This document shows, piece after piece, positions 26,338-38,462 of a stretch of 64,000 nucleotides of DNA. A model generated the notes under the pieces. It was given only the letters and a program-made list of their open reading frames with translations. It was not told the origin of the DNA and ran no database searches. The stretch's first letter is position 1; every line of letters begins with the position of its first letter. Origin of the DNA: Callorhinchus milii. Its lineage: Eukaryota. The stretch covers positions 16,678,001 through 16,742,000 of the forward strand of contig NW_024704747.1 in the NCBI RefSeq assembly GCF_018977255.1, given 5' to 3'. Made by a program: the position numbers and the translations under genes.

Positions 26338-26403
26338 GCGTCGCTGTATGAGGAGGGTGCGTACAGCGGGAATCGGCGCTGTAGCGCCTCCAGCTCCCGT
26401 GCT
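26338..26403 (+). CDS. LRRFIP1: LRRFIP1 exon (ASLYEEGAYSGNRRCSASSSRA)
   Basis: Resembles human ASVLDEGSFGGTRRGSTSGSRA; ttccag/gtaagg; 66 bp. Confidence 0.92.
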
Positions 26404-29058
26404 GTAAGGCTGTTTCCTCCATTTTGGTACCGAGCATGCCCTGTGCTGCCCTGAGCGTCCCCTTTCACTAGCTCCAGCCTGTAACCCTCGTCCCGGTAGC
26501 TGCAGTGCGATGTGCTCCCGTCTGTCTGTCTGTTCAGATCTCCTTGTCTCCTCACCCTCCCACCACCAACCCCCAGGGCTTGCACACTGATATAGTAGGG
26601 AATGGGGAAGTGAGGGCCGGGGGTTACTCAGGACAAGCAAAAGTATAATATTTATTTTAAACGGCCTTTTCTTGCCCTTTCTGGGGGTTCTGACCTTAAC
26701 AAGTGACACGATTCCACCAGCACCCAGAGAAGAGACCTGCAACCTCTCCTTGGTTCAGCCTTAAACATTTAAGCGAGTGCAGATTCTTAATAGTCAGCCT
26801 TTATTTGGACCTGGATTTACTGCAGTTCTTAAAGGAAAAACACTCTCAAATTAAGACTGGCTTTAAGACTTACCCAATCCTTTTGTCACTTCCAGCCAGT
26901 TCCTCATCCCACAGTACCTGTTTTTTTGTGGGTCTAAAAGTTCACAGCAACAAATTACATTTCTGTAGCACCTTTCGCGTCAGGAGGACATCCCAAGGCT
27001 CTGGTCTGGATTGGGCATCTGATCTCATTCCTGCAGAAGATTTTGTTTTCCCTCCAAAGGAGAAGGAAGTGGTCGTTGAGCTCAATGAGGCTGTGAACCA
27101 CCCTCTCCAAACAAAGGTCTAACCCTGTGAAATAAGTGAGCAAAGACGTAGAGTAGAGTTCGCTGCCAGAGAGGTGAAGAAGGAACCCTGCTCGCCCCCC
27201 AATTCCAACGTTCCTCCTCTTCGTGCATCGGTCAAAGTCCCTTTTGAAAGAATTATGGCCCCTACTTCGTTATTGGCTAGCAACAGGGTAATATCGTCAC
27301 CTGCATAATCCTTACATTGGTTGTGCTATAAATTCAACGAGCTGGTGTGTGTGTGTATTCTATATAGAGATCTGTGACTATAACTGCCTGTAATGTACAT
27401 AGTGACACTAACCACCCCCCACCCGTCTCTCCTCACCGAATAACCACTGACTGTCAGTTCTTGCACCTCAAATGTTGCTTGCACTGTGTGCGCGTGGAGC
27501 TGATGTTGTCATCTGTGTCCCGCAACTAACTTCTCTTCACAGTATCTCTCTCGGTTCCCAGACTTGTGCCCGATGTGATCAGTACAGCTCCCCTGCTCCG
27601 GCTGCGTGTGTGGGCTGAGTGTGTGTGTGTGTGTCTTTACGTAGCTCCTTCTTCATGAACTAAATGCTAACATTCCCAGAGTCAGTGGATATGTAATTTA
27701 ACTGGTAAAGTGAACCTCATAATTGGCAGCAATGAGTGAGTGTCTATCGGTGCCAGGCTCCAGTGGCGAGCCACAATGGCATCCAAACTAGTTCAATGGT
27801 TTGCTGTCTGGTTTAAATAAATCCAAAAGGCTTGGGGTGGGAAGGGGAGATCCATGGAAAAATAAAGAGCTCTCCATACCTGCCTGAGTCTGCCACAGTG
27901 GGCTGGATACTTTGTGCTATTAATCTCTCAGGATATCCAGTGGGAGACTGGGTTATCGAGGTGGTTAAGATTCTGGAAGGCCTGATAGAACAATAAACAA
28001 ACAAATTACATTTGTATACCACCTTTCACATTAAGAGGATGTCCCAAAGCGCTGAACAGTCAGGATTTGGACCCGAGCTGGGGTTTGGGATCAAGAGGGG
28101 TAGTTGTGGTTGACCAAAGGTGCAGTCGAAAAGGAAGGTCTTGAAAGGGGCCTTGAAGGAGGCAAGGGAGGGGTGAGGCATGCAGGGCGGGGGTCATGGA
28201 GCATGGACATGGAGCCCGCTGAGCAGAGAGTTACCAGGTCATAGAGGTAGGGATAGGGAGGAGCAAGACCGTGGAGGGCTTTGAAAGCAATAGGGAGAAA
28301 ACTTTCCCAGAAGTCACTTAGTGAGGCGCAGGATTCATTAGCGTCAATGGCATCTAAGCATAGAATTGTTCAAAAGGGAAATTAGGATAAGGTGGCCAAT
28401 AAAACAAGCAGAGAGGATGGGAAAGAGTAGGAAAGTGGGATTAGTAAAAAAAGATAATTTTGGTTTAGAAAAACACAGGGCTGGCAGTGGCACAGAGAGG
28501 ATGGGCTAATCTTTCTGCGTCAAAAATGTCTGTGTTTGGGTGTGGCTCTGGCCTGCGACCCTGGTTAGAGCTCTGGCTGGTGTGAGGACTTTTCCGCGTT
28601 CCTCTCGGTCATTGAGGGGTTGGCATCTCTGAGACCAACAGAATGTAGGAGACAGGTCCAGGCCCTGAGGGACTCGGGCCATCAGTCAGTGTGGCTAATA
28701 TGAGCGGCTTTTTTACATCATCAATCCTCGAGTGAGAGAGGGATGGAGGTTCCTGCTGAACAACTGCACCTTATTGCTTAAGGGGAGTTCAGGTTTCTGC
28801 TCCTAAGCTCCGTGAATGTCCTTCCCAGCTCTCAACGGGTGCAGGAACTCTCTCTTTCATGATCTTCCTCTCCTTTTAGAGTGAATAATTGTTCTCCTCC
28901 AGCATTGGTGTTTGTCAGTCTTTTGTCTCCCTTCTGTCCGCTCTTGCTGGTGGTTCTTTGCTCTGCGATTATGAAATTCTGCTTCTGAACACTCTATCTA
29001 ATGCTTCTCTCTCTCTCTCTCTCTCTCTCTCTTTGTGCCTCCTGGGCTCGCATGCCAG

Positions 29059-29136
29059 CCCTCAGAGTACAGCTGCTTTTTGGGCTCAGGATCCCGTGCC
29101 TCGTCCCGCGCCAGCTCGGCACGTGCCAGCCCTGTG
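29059..29136 (+). CDS. LRRFIP1: LRRFIP1 exon (PSEYSCFLGSGSRASSRASSARASPV)
   Basis: Conserved SRASSRASSARASPV; gccag/gtgagc; 78 bp. Confidence 0.95.
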
Positions 29137-29255
29137 GTGAGCGTCTTACTTACCGCTGCCCTCTTGCTCTGTGCGATGACTGTTCCCAACCCCAACAGAT
29201 ACTCGGCAAATGTTGCAATTCAACATGACTGTAGTAACGCGCTTGTCTACAAATG

Positions 29256-29530
29256 TGTGTCAGCCTGGCACAGTGGTAAACACTCTAGCCTCTGAGTCAG
29301 AAGGTTGTGGGCTCAAGCCCCACATTGGAACTTGGAATCACATGGTCAAAGCTGACGCTTAATGCAGTGCTGGGGTGGGCGTTGCATTGTTGGAGTTGCC
29401 GTCCTTTGGATGAGACATTAAACCAAGGTCCTGTCAGCCTGTTCAGGCAGATGTTAAAGGCAGACATGGCACTATTCAAAAAGAGAAGGGAGTTTCTCTT
29501 GGTGTTCTGGCTGGCAATATTCCAGTCCAG
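29256..29530 (+). mobile_element. Deu-SINE 5' part
   Basis: GTCAGCCTGGCACAGTGG...CTCTGAGTCAGAAGGTTGTGGG head; GGATGAGACATTAAACC core. Confidence 0.8.
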
Positions 29531-30520
29531 TCCCAATTGGGATGGTCTTTCTTTCTTACATAGCTCCCTCCTCCTTCAATGCCCGTATCAAGACTTTCCT
29601 CTATTACCATGCTTTCAGCCACGCTCCCACCTCCCCTCCACCCCTCTTGATTCCAAACCCCAGCTCGGATGCAAATCCTTAACTGTCCAGCGCCTTGGGA
29701 CATCCTTCCGATGTGAAAGGCTCTATGTAAGTTTAATTTTGTGGCTGTTGTCCTCCTGACATGAAAAAGGCGCCATACAAGTGTAAATTGTACTGTGCAT
29801 CGCTGTGCACAAATTGACTGCAGCTTTTGCCTACACAATGCACAGTGACTGACTTGGATTTGACAGTAAATCAACAATTGCACTTGATACTTTGAGGTAA
29901 TTGAGTTTTAAAAACGCTGTGTCACATGCAGACATTACAGTGATTCTAATTGTGAGGATTGGCCAGGCCTCAGTGGCCATGGTTGACCACAGGAGCTCAC
30001 TGTGTGTGGTCTCGGGCAGAACGAGTGCCCTCAGCCAGCGGCGCAGCTCAGTGTAAAGCAGTTACACTGAGTTACACTGAGCAGTTGTTTCATGGTTCTA
30101 GTTTGTACAGGGTGTTCACAAAGTCCTGTTACCCCCTTGTTTTTGTTCCTGCAGTGCACTGACCAACAACTCAAACACATGGAAGAATGATGATAATTGT
30201 ATTTAGTAGTACTTAATTGTATTCAGTACAAGTCTTTAACTGTATTTAGGTATTCAGAGGATCGGTGGGTGTGAGCACCATCATTTTCATGTCACGTTGC
30301 ATGTTTGGTGTGACATCTTCTGAAACATGGATGGAGTGATGAGGAAGTTACTGCTGTCAGACATTGTTACACTCGACTCATCTGAAAGCAAAAATTAATT
30401 GTACGAACAAACAACACAGAGGGGTAACAGGACTTTGTGAACACCCTGTATGTGTGTCAGTGACAAGTCTGGTCTAAGTGCAGCACTGATTCTGACATCC
30501 ACCAATAATGGGATGTTAAC

Positions 30521-30768
30521 AAAAACAGAAGTCGCTGGGAACCTTCAGCAGGTCAGGCAGCATCTATGGAGAAAGGAAAGTAGTCAACCTTTCGGGTCCA
30601 CGACCCTTCGTCAGAACGGTGACTGTTCCCAACGAAGGGTCGTGACAGTTCTGACGAAGGGTCGTGGACCTGAAACTTTGACTTACTTTCCTTTCTCCAT
30701 AGATGCTGCCTGATGTGCGACTTCTGTTTGCTTCAGATTTCCAGCGTCTGCAGTATTTTGCGTTTTGT
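30521..30768. mobile_element. palindromic Penelope-like terminal fragment with hammerhead-ribozyme cores
   Basis: ~63-bp inverted arms (30553-30617 / 30648-30712), each reading CTGACGA-A-GGGTC-GTG-GACC(C/T)-GAAA; a half copy lies at ~33205-33292. Confidence 0.65.
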
Positions 30769-30895
30769 TGATAATAGTGGGATTGTGTTGACCCCAGTGC
30801 TTGGTGTTGGGCACCATCCCTTCACGGGTGGGAGCGGGTTGTGCCATCTCTCTGTGTGTTACAATTCTCACCTCTGCCTTCCTCTCTATCCGCAG

Positions 30896-30931
30896 GTTGA
30901 GGAGAGGCCTGAAAAGGACTTCGGAGAGAAG
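30896..30931 (+). CDS. LRRFIP1: LRRFIP1 exon (VEERPEKDFGEK)
   Basis: Human VEERPEKDFTEK; cgcag/gtatgg; 36 bp. Confidence 0.95.
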
Positions 30932-31335
30932 GTATGGAATCCAGCAGGGGAGAAGGGACTCTGTGGTTGGTGCGTGAGGTGAAAAGGGGAGCGAGTTTCT
31001 CCTATTGCCCTGGCCAGATATCCTACCCATAGCTAGGTTACTCACTTCATGACTGCTTGCGGGTCCTTGTTGGGTGCAAATTGCCTGGCTTATGAAGTGA
31101 TCACCAAGCCTCATCATCTGCACACGTCAGGCAGAGTCTCTCAATGCCGATCGTTCAGTCCCTCAGTTTAGATTAGCCCTTAGCTTCTCTCAGTCTGACT
31201 CCGCACTGACCCCGGCTGCCCTCCCCTTCCCTCGGTGTATCCCGGCGCTGACCCTGCCTTCTCTGGTGGGGTACAAGGCAGGGCATAGCATAGCTGGTGA
31301 TCGACACCCTCAGTAATGGAGAGTTTGTGTTTCAG

Positions 31336-31461
31336 GGTTCTCGCACCACATCCAGCCTGTCTGCTGCCACCCTCGCCTCTCTGGGGGGCACCTCCTCCCG
31401 GAGGGGCAGCGGCGACACCATCGCCTCCGTGGACACCGAAGCATCCATCCGCGAGATCAAG
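31336..31461 (+). CDS. LRRFIP1: LRRFIP1 exon ([42 protein letters not shown])
   Basis: Conserved [18 protein letters not shown] motif; ttcag/gtaaga; 126 bp. Confidence 0.97.
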
Positions 31462-31799
31462 GTAAGACTCTGACTCGGCTCAGAGGCTCTCGACTCGGGG
31501 GTGGGGCTCAGCTCAAATCCTGAGGATCCTTTTAGTTACTCCCGGGCTCCATTATTCTATGTACCTTGTCTGGCCTGTCCCTCCGACACCCCAACCCCCG
31601 GATTAGATTCCAGCCTGTAACTCACTCCCAGAATCCATACTGTATATATAACGTCCCCCTCTCCCTGAGCCCCACTGGTTAGACTCCAGCCTGTAGCTGA
31701 GTCCTGGGTTAGGTTGCTGTCTATTTCTCACTGGTTTAAGTCAGTGTGAGTTGGGAGGAGGTGTTGTGAGTTGTAGTGCTTTCTAGCCGTTCTTTCAGA

Positions 31800-32150
31800 G
31801 ATGGGTTTGAATGAATAAGGCCCTTCGGCCCAACTGATGTCATCCCTCCAGAACACCCACCTTACCGCCCTCTCAAAGCAACATCACGCTGCTTTTTAAA
31901 TGAGTGTCCTGGCTCAACCACCTTTCCTTGCAACCTTTCCCAGTAGTTAATTACCCTCTGAGTAAAGAAAAAATACCTGGTGTCTGTCCTGCAATTGCCC
32001 TTTCCCGCTCCAAACCTATGTCCTCTTGTTCTACTATTTTGGTCTAACTTTTCAATTGCATTTAAAATGTTTATATGCCTCTACGAGGTCCCACTCTGAG
32101 TCGTCTTTTCTCAAGGCTGAAGAACCCTAGCTTGTCTGATCGTTGCTGAA
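31800..32150 (-). mobile_element. CR1 LINE 3' fragment
   Basis: Minus strand encodes LGFFSLEKRRLR, typical of CR1 ORF2. Confidence 0.7.
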
Positions 32151-32322
32151 GACATAGACGCTCTTTTTTTTCCCCCCGAGACGGTAAAAATGCCTGCCTT
32201 GGATTCTCGCTCTTGAGCACGGCTGGGGGTGTGGGCGGGTGCTGCAGAGACAGGCACAAAGTGGTGTGAATGATGCAGCGCTGCCTGTATCGACGAGGTC
32301 CTGTCGTTTCCTTTTCCACCAG

Positions 32323-32394
32323 GATATTTTTGAGCTAAAGGACCAGATTCAGGATGTAGAAGGCAAATACATGCAGAGCCTTAAAGAACTTAAG
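32323..32394 (+). CDS. LRRFIP1: LRRFIP1 72-nt cassette exon ([24 protein letters not shown])
   Basis: Human [24 protein letters not shown]; accag/gtatct. Confidence 0.95.
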
Positions 32395-33881
32395 GTATCT
32401 GGCTGAGGGATACCCTGCCTTGCTTTTTAACCGCATCTCCAAATGAGGACCGAAAGCCATTATTAACCTGCATGTGTGTGGCTGGTGATGCCTAATCTCT
32501 CTCCTCGCTGTGTGGATTTTCTTACTAACTAACTAACCTTGGTCTGCATTAAGCTGCTTTCTGATCATTTTCAGTGTGAAACCTCTGTGGACCTTGTGTG
32601 TGAAGTGAGCTTGAGGGGTGGATTATGACCAAAACCACAGATAACCTGCCTTAACACCCCTCCCTCGCCACACTCTGTGAATACCTGTGTTGAGAATCCT
32701 CTGCTTTCTTTCTCCACCTCGTACCCTCCCATTCCCCCAATCCACACACATGCACACACACGCAGACAGACTCTCTCTAGGTCCAAGAAATGCAAGGCCC
32801 AGATTCTTGGGAGAGGAGAATATTGCCAGGAACACATCTTCGCTGGGCTGATCAGGCGCTGTCGTTTGATGGATGCCTCCTGCAGCTCCTTAATGGGGGG
32901 GGCTTGCAGAAACTGGGAATGCCAAGAGTTACGACCAGTGGGAATGATCCCGATTGGCAAATTGAGCTGAGCTGTGAGGGAAGCATCATGGTGTGGGTTG
33001 GGAATGGCAGAAGCCTGCTGATTCCCAGCATCCAGTCCGCTCTTAGACAAGGTGACCATATGTCCCCGGATGAGTTGTTGTGTCCCTGGAGCCAAATTTG
33101 CCCTGTCTAGAGTTCAGCAACAAACTGAGCAAGTACAGTAAAATTCTAAAACCGATACACTCATCAGAGAAGCACAGCCATTAATCCAACAAACTTTTTC
33201 TCCTGAAATAAAAACAGAAGTCACCGGGGAACACTCAGCAGGTCAGGCAGCATCTATGGAGAGAGGAAAGTGAGTTAACATTTAGTCAGAACTCTCCTGT
33301 ACTTGTGCCGAGTTAAATTTCATTTAAATATGCGTCCCCGGATTTGGTTTACAAAAACATGGTCCCCCCTCTCTTAGGTACTCGGCCTACAGCCTCCTCC
33401 TGCCCCCCTCCTGTCCTGAGCTCCACAGACTGGGCCCTTGCACCTCCCTCATCGCTCGTTGGCTGCTGAGCTTTCGGGCACCCCTCTTTCTACTCCTCCT
33501 CGCACCACCTCTTCCTGTCTTCAAAAATCCCTCCCTTTTGGGCTGTGCTTTCTGTCTGGCCCTTTCCCTCCGACACCCCAGGCACCCCTTCCTTCTTTGG
33601 TTGTCCGCAGTTGCTTTGGGTTTGGGCAGGGGCCACATTCCTACTTTTCAGTGCAGGCTGGAGGTGATGTGCTACCCCTCTGCCCCCCAAAGTGGCAATG
33701 TGGTACTGTTGGATGGAAAATCAGCAGGGCTTCTTCCATCGAGATGCACAGCAGAGTGTGGGCATCTTTACCTTATGTTTATGGCTGGCAGCACAGGTTT
33801 GGTGGGGGATGGGGGGTGGGGGCAGGCAGGAGTTTTGCTCCGATTGTGATGGGCATGTGTGTCGGCTTTCTCCTCCCCCAG

Positions 33882-34052
33882 GATTCGCTGGCAGAGGTGG
33901 AGGAGAAGTACAGGAAAGCAATGGTGTCCAACGCTCAGCTAGACAATGAGAAGAACACTCTGATGTACCAGGTGGACACACTGCAGGATGTGCTTCTGGA
34001 GGTGGAGGAGCATCTGGCTGAGAGCAACAGGGAATTCCAGGAAAAGGCCAAA
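33882..34052 (+). CDS. LRRFIP1: LRRFIP1 coiled-coil exon ([24 protein letters not shown]...EKAK)
   Basis: LRRFIP signature [13 protein letters not shown]; cccag/gtgagt; 171 bp. Confidence 0.98.
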
Positions 34053-34577
34053 GTGAGTAGCCAGCAGAGGCAGCCCAGCCCAGCTCAGGGGAACTACCCT
34101 GGAGGTCGGGGGTTTGGGATGTGCACCGCCCTAACCGTTCGCTCCATTGCCATCCTTCAGATGAAACATTGAACCAAGGTTACTGCCTGTGGGGCTGGAG
34201 GGAGGTCAGGACAGCCTGGGAGGTGACGAGTGCGGTATGGGAGAGCGTGTGACTCCAGAGTCTTGATAATCTGGTGACCGAGCAAGAACGTGGTGAGGTC
34301 CTGGGAAATTACGGTGGGAGACAGATGGAGAAGTCTTCATTTTAACATAGCAAGGATTGGAGGAAGACAAGGATTGTGAGCCCGTAGAGCTGATTGCCAG
34401 CCTTGGAGGGAGGGAGGGATTGGGAGGGAGGGGAGAGAGGGAGGGAGAGTGAAGGAGAAGGAGGGAGGGAACCCAGCGCAGCAGAAGGCTGTTGTGATGT
34501 TTTCTGTTTAAAGCAGTTTGAAGCTGGTTGTGTGTGAGCTGAATTCTGTGCTCTCTCTCTCCTTTTTGATCCTCCAG

Positions 34578-34670
34578 GAGTTAGAAAGAGAGAAGCACGC
34601 CCACAGCGTGTTACAGTTTCAGTTTGAGGAAATCAAAGAGTCTCTGAAACAGAGAGAAGAGATGTTAATG
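34578..34670 (+). CDS. LRRFIP1: LRRFIP1 exon ([31 protein letters not shown])
   Basis: [13 protein letters not shown] is LRRFIP1-type; tccag/gtaagt; 93 bp. Confidence 0.97.
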
Positions 34671-35684
34671 GTAAGTGAACTGCTCCCCCCACCAGCCTGA
34701 CTGAACGTAACGGCTGGGGTCAGTGTGATCCAGCAGAGGCTTCATCCTCTCTTGTCTGGGTGCGTGGGAGGGTAGGGAGGCAAACTGATCTCAAGGCAAA
34801 AGTCAAAGTATCATGATGCCCACTTATAATGCTTTACATAGAGAAGTGCTGGGGAGAGCGTGAGACTCCAGTGACATGGCTGGCATCTAGGACCTGTTCC
34901 TCTTGAGCAGCTTTAGGTCAATGTTGGGAGTTTTAAATTGGGTCACGTCAGTAACCAGAATAAGCCGTCTGGGTCAGTGTGTCCTGGGATATCATTGGCC
35001 TGTGAGGAAGTGTGTCAGTCCTGGGTTAAACAGTGAAATGGTGCTCATAAGTGTCTCTACCTTTGAGCCTTACAGCCCCTCAGCCCTCCCCTTTCAGCAC
35101 TAGGCTGAGCCAACACATCTTATGGGATTGGCATTCATATCAATATTTAGCTTTACCTCCGCTTGTTCCTTCACCTCAGTAACAGCCCTGGTCTGTGTTT
35201 ACTTCAGTAACAGCGCCCTTTAAATGCTTGGCTCTACAATAATCCTTGCGTTTGATATAGCGTCTTATGAGATCGTTGAAACGACTCAAAGTACTTCAGA
35301 GGAAGCACCGTAAAGTGGGTTTAACTATGTGTTTTTCGGGCAAAATGTCCCAGGAAGCCAGCACCAGGGTAGACATGTGGAGTTGAATGGCTTTGACCCT
35401 CTGTGTCCTGTAATTGGAAGGTGCTCTGAACAGTTGTCCCCTGTTAAGCAGTAACACTCCCTCTCACAAAGGTTATATATGCTTCACATCTGGTTACATT
35501 AACCTCTCCAGATGTTTTGGCTGACAGTGTGTGTTTGAGGTAAATGGTTCTGAAATCCTTTTGTTACTTCTTGACAATCTCCTTTCTCTTCTTTTTCTCC
35601 TCCTCCCCCCCCCCCCATCTTTCTCTCCCCCTCTCCCCCTCCATCTCTCCCTCTCTCTTTTGTTTCAACCTAACCCGGAATCAG

Positions 35685-35777
35685 GAAATCAAACGGCTGA
35701 CCCATAGCAAAGAGACCTCTGCCAGGGAAATCTCTGACCTGCAGGAAACTATAGAGTGGAAGGACAAGAAGATAGGG
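35685..35777 (+). CDS. LRRFIP1: LRRFIP1 exon (EIKRLTHSKETSAREISDLQETIEWKDKKIG)
   Basis: Conserved REISDLQETIEWKDKKIG; atcag/gtagga; 93 bp. Confidence 0.95.
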
Positions 35778-36119
35778 GTAGGACATAGCAGCCATCAGAC
35801 TGTATAGGGCTGTATGCGACGTGAGATTTTATTGGCAAAAGCTATTGAAATGGACCCAGTGTCTGCCTAGGTCAGTTGGTAGCACTCTCACTTCTGGGTG
35901 AGAAAGTTGGATGAGATCCTCAATCTCATACATTGCAAACTTGAGCTCGCAACCCAGACTGACACTGCAGATGCAACGCCGGGGGAAGCAATGTGTTACA
36001 GGATGTGTTGTCCTTCGGATGAGATGTTAAACCGAGGTCCCGTCTGCCTGTTCAGGCAAATGTTAAAGATGGCACTATTTGAAAAGAAACTGGAGTTTCT
36101 ACCGGTGTCCTGGCCAACT

Positions 36120-36275
36120 GTGTAGACACTCTGTATTTAACCTGTGTTGTATCTGACCTGGGAGTGTAGATAGACAGTGTAAGGGAAGCTTTACTCGGTA
36201 TCTAACCTGTGTTCTATCTGACCTGGGAGTGTAGATGAACAATGCAGAGGAAGTTTTACTGTATCTAATTTGTGC
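36120..36275. repeat. ~64-bp minisatellite, about 2.5 copies
   Basis: TATCT/TTAACCTGTGTT..TATCTGACCTGGGAGTGTAGAT repeated. Confidence 0.7.
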
Positions 36276-36986
36276 ACAATAATAACACTAGAATTCATGA
36301 AAAGCTAAAGTCTTCTATTTGTCAGAATTGAGATCCCTCACCTTGGTCAGGAGACATTAAAGCTTCATAAATATACGGAATGAGATCTCCCAGACAGAGA
36401 TTTTTCTGACTGTTTTGTATTTGACTTCAGTTCCCCCTCAGAGGTCTGAGAACATGTTGCATTTATATGGTGTTAATTTGGCAGACGGTTTTCAGTAGTT
36501 CATAAAAATTAAGACTGAACTAAAGAATTGACTAAATTTTTTTTATTGTCAGTTGGGTGACTAACACACCCAGACACCCCTTTCCATGGTTAACAACAAC
36601 ATCAACGTTTAATTTAAGTTGTAATTTTAATGTCTCTAAATGAAAATACTTTTTCATATGATGTTGAAAATGAAACAAGACTAGCAGTAAAATAAAAATG
36701 ACCAGGTTAGCGAACTGACCACATCAGTGGAGTATTAGTTAGGGTGAGTTTTTGCTTTCAAATGCCAAGAAAATAGACCCAGGTGGAAGTTCTCTCACAG
36801 CTCCACAATCCGCTCACCCTCTTGTTAGAGGGATGGCACATGGAGCTTCTCCTCAGGCAGACCTTTGTATCTCTGTTCCCTCTGTTTTTTTAAACTGTTT
36901 CTGGTCTTCGCTGTTTGTTACGTTCTGCTCTCCTCCTCTTTCCTGTCTGTTTTGCTGCCTCTCTCCACACGCTGCCGGCACCTCAG

Positions 36987-37079
36987 GCCTTAGAAAGGCA
37001 GAAAGAATACTTTGATACCATCAGGAGTGAGCGGGATGAGCTCAAGGATATGGTGGTGATGCTAAAGGAAAAAATTAAG
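36987..37079 (+). CDS. LRRFIP1: LRRFIP1 exon (ALERQKEYFDTIRSERDELKDMVVMLKEKIK)
   Basis: Human ALERQKEFFDSVRSERDDL; ctcag/gtacac; 93 bp. Confidence 0.95.
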
Positions 37080-38329
37080 GTACACAATGAAACATATCAC
37101 AACAGAGGTTCTGTTGAAGAAGACCCTTCAGCCAATTTCATCTTATCCTTCCAGAATACCCACCCCACTGACTTTTGAAGCTTTGGAATTCTCTCCCTCA
37201 ATCCCTCTGCCTTACCCCCTCCTTCCCCTCTTTTAGATCACGACTGAAGACCTTCCTCTTTGACCGTGCTAATGGTCACCTCCTCCCTCTCCCAACCCCC
37301 CCCCCACTCATATTCTCCCCAGCTTGGGGTCAGGCTCCGCCACTGTTAAGTTCTCCAGCATAAAGGGTGCAAATTGTTGTTATTGTCTTCGCATCACAGC
37401 ATCACAGTGTTTCTGAATTGAGTCCAATGTGCTGACTTTAACCTCCCTCGTTGGTGGCCGATTTCCCTCTGTGACAAGAAATATTTCCTGGTATCTGTCC
37501 TAAACTTTCCCTTCACAATCCTGAACCTGTAATTCTCTTGTCCTGCCTCCTCGCATGACTGAAAGTATTCTTCTGAATCTTCTCCCTTCCCTGCCAGCTC
37601 TGAGTCAATCTTAAAACCAACCTAAATGTAACTTGTGGGCATGGAGTTGGTGTGCGTGTGTGTGAGTACGAGCATCGGGGGTGGGTGCGGGGAGGTTAGG
37701 GCAAAGTGGCTCTGTCATGGGGAGCCGGGCATAATGTAGCCAAAAAGTTTACTGTCTGGCAAGCTTTCCCGCTGCTTCTCCACCCTACCCGTTAGGGTTT
37801 GGGCTTGCAACGTTAACAGGAGTAGAGTGGGAGGATTCCCTTCCCCCAGTGACTGGTCTGCCCTTCCAAGTCCTGCTGATGTGCTGTTACCAGCAGTGCC
37901 CTGGAATACTGTGGATCCGCCTGGCTAAGGAACCGGTCTACCGAGACCTCCACAGAGGGCTGGCTCAATTCCGACATTCCATTCCCAATCCCAGTTCCAA
38001 GGAGACCCCGCCTACCTCCCCTGCCACGCCCCCTAAGGAGGATAAAAGGATAGTGAAGATTGCACTGTCAGGATGTGGTTAATTATTGTCACATCGAGTT
38101 AGAAGCATTGTCGAGTTCACTTATTTTGGTTCAATTAAAAGGTAAATTCAGTGCAGTCCAACCCCTTTATTACGGCACAGTTAGGGAGTCTTTAAACACA
38201 AGGCCATATTTTAGTGCTATAATTGGGAATGAATTGGGTCCAGTGGATTGGGAAAGATGGCGCTTGTGTGATTTGGACCTGCCAGTGACTTGCGTCCTGT
38301 TACCATGTGTATCTGCTGTGTACTTGCAG

Positions 38330-38462
38330 GCCCATGGGCTGGTGGTATCCGAAGTGTTAAATGGGGATGGGGGGAGGGAAGGTGACTCACACACAGACCC
38401 CGCGGAGGTGGCATCTCGGGACGCCGCGCCCCAGCTCCCGAACTGCCCCGACGGACCATTAG
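38330..38462 (+). CDS. LRRFIP1: LRRFIP1 last common exon (AHGLVVSEVLNGD...PDGPL+G), ends phase 1
   Basis: Equivalent to human KHGIIL...GDGTL; tgcag/gtaagt; phase 1 fits both downstream acceptors (40990 and 48786). Confidence 0.92.

Noticed and set aside
33438-33881. 5' extension of the 244-aa ORF
   Set aside because: Intronic read-through upstream of the acceptor at 33881
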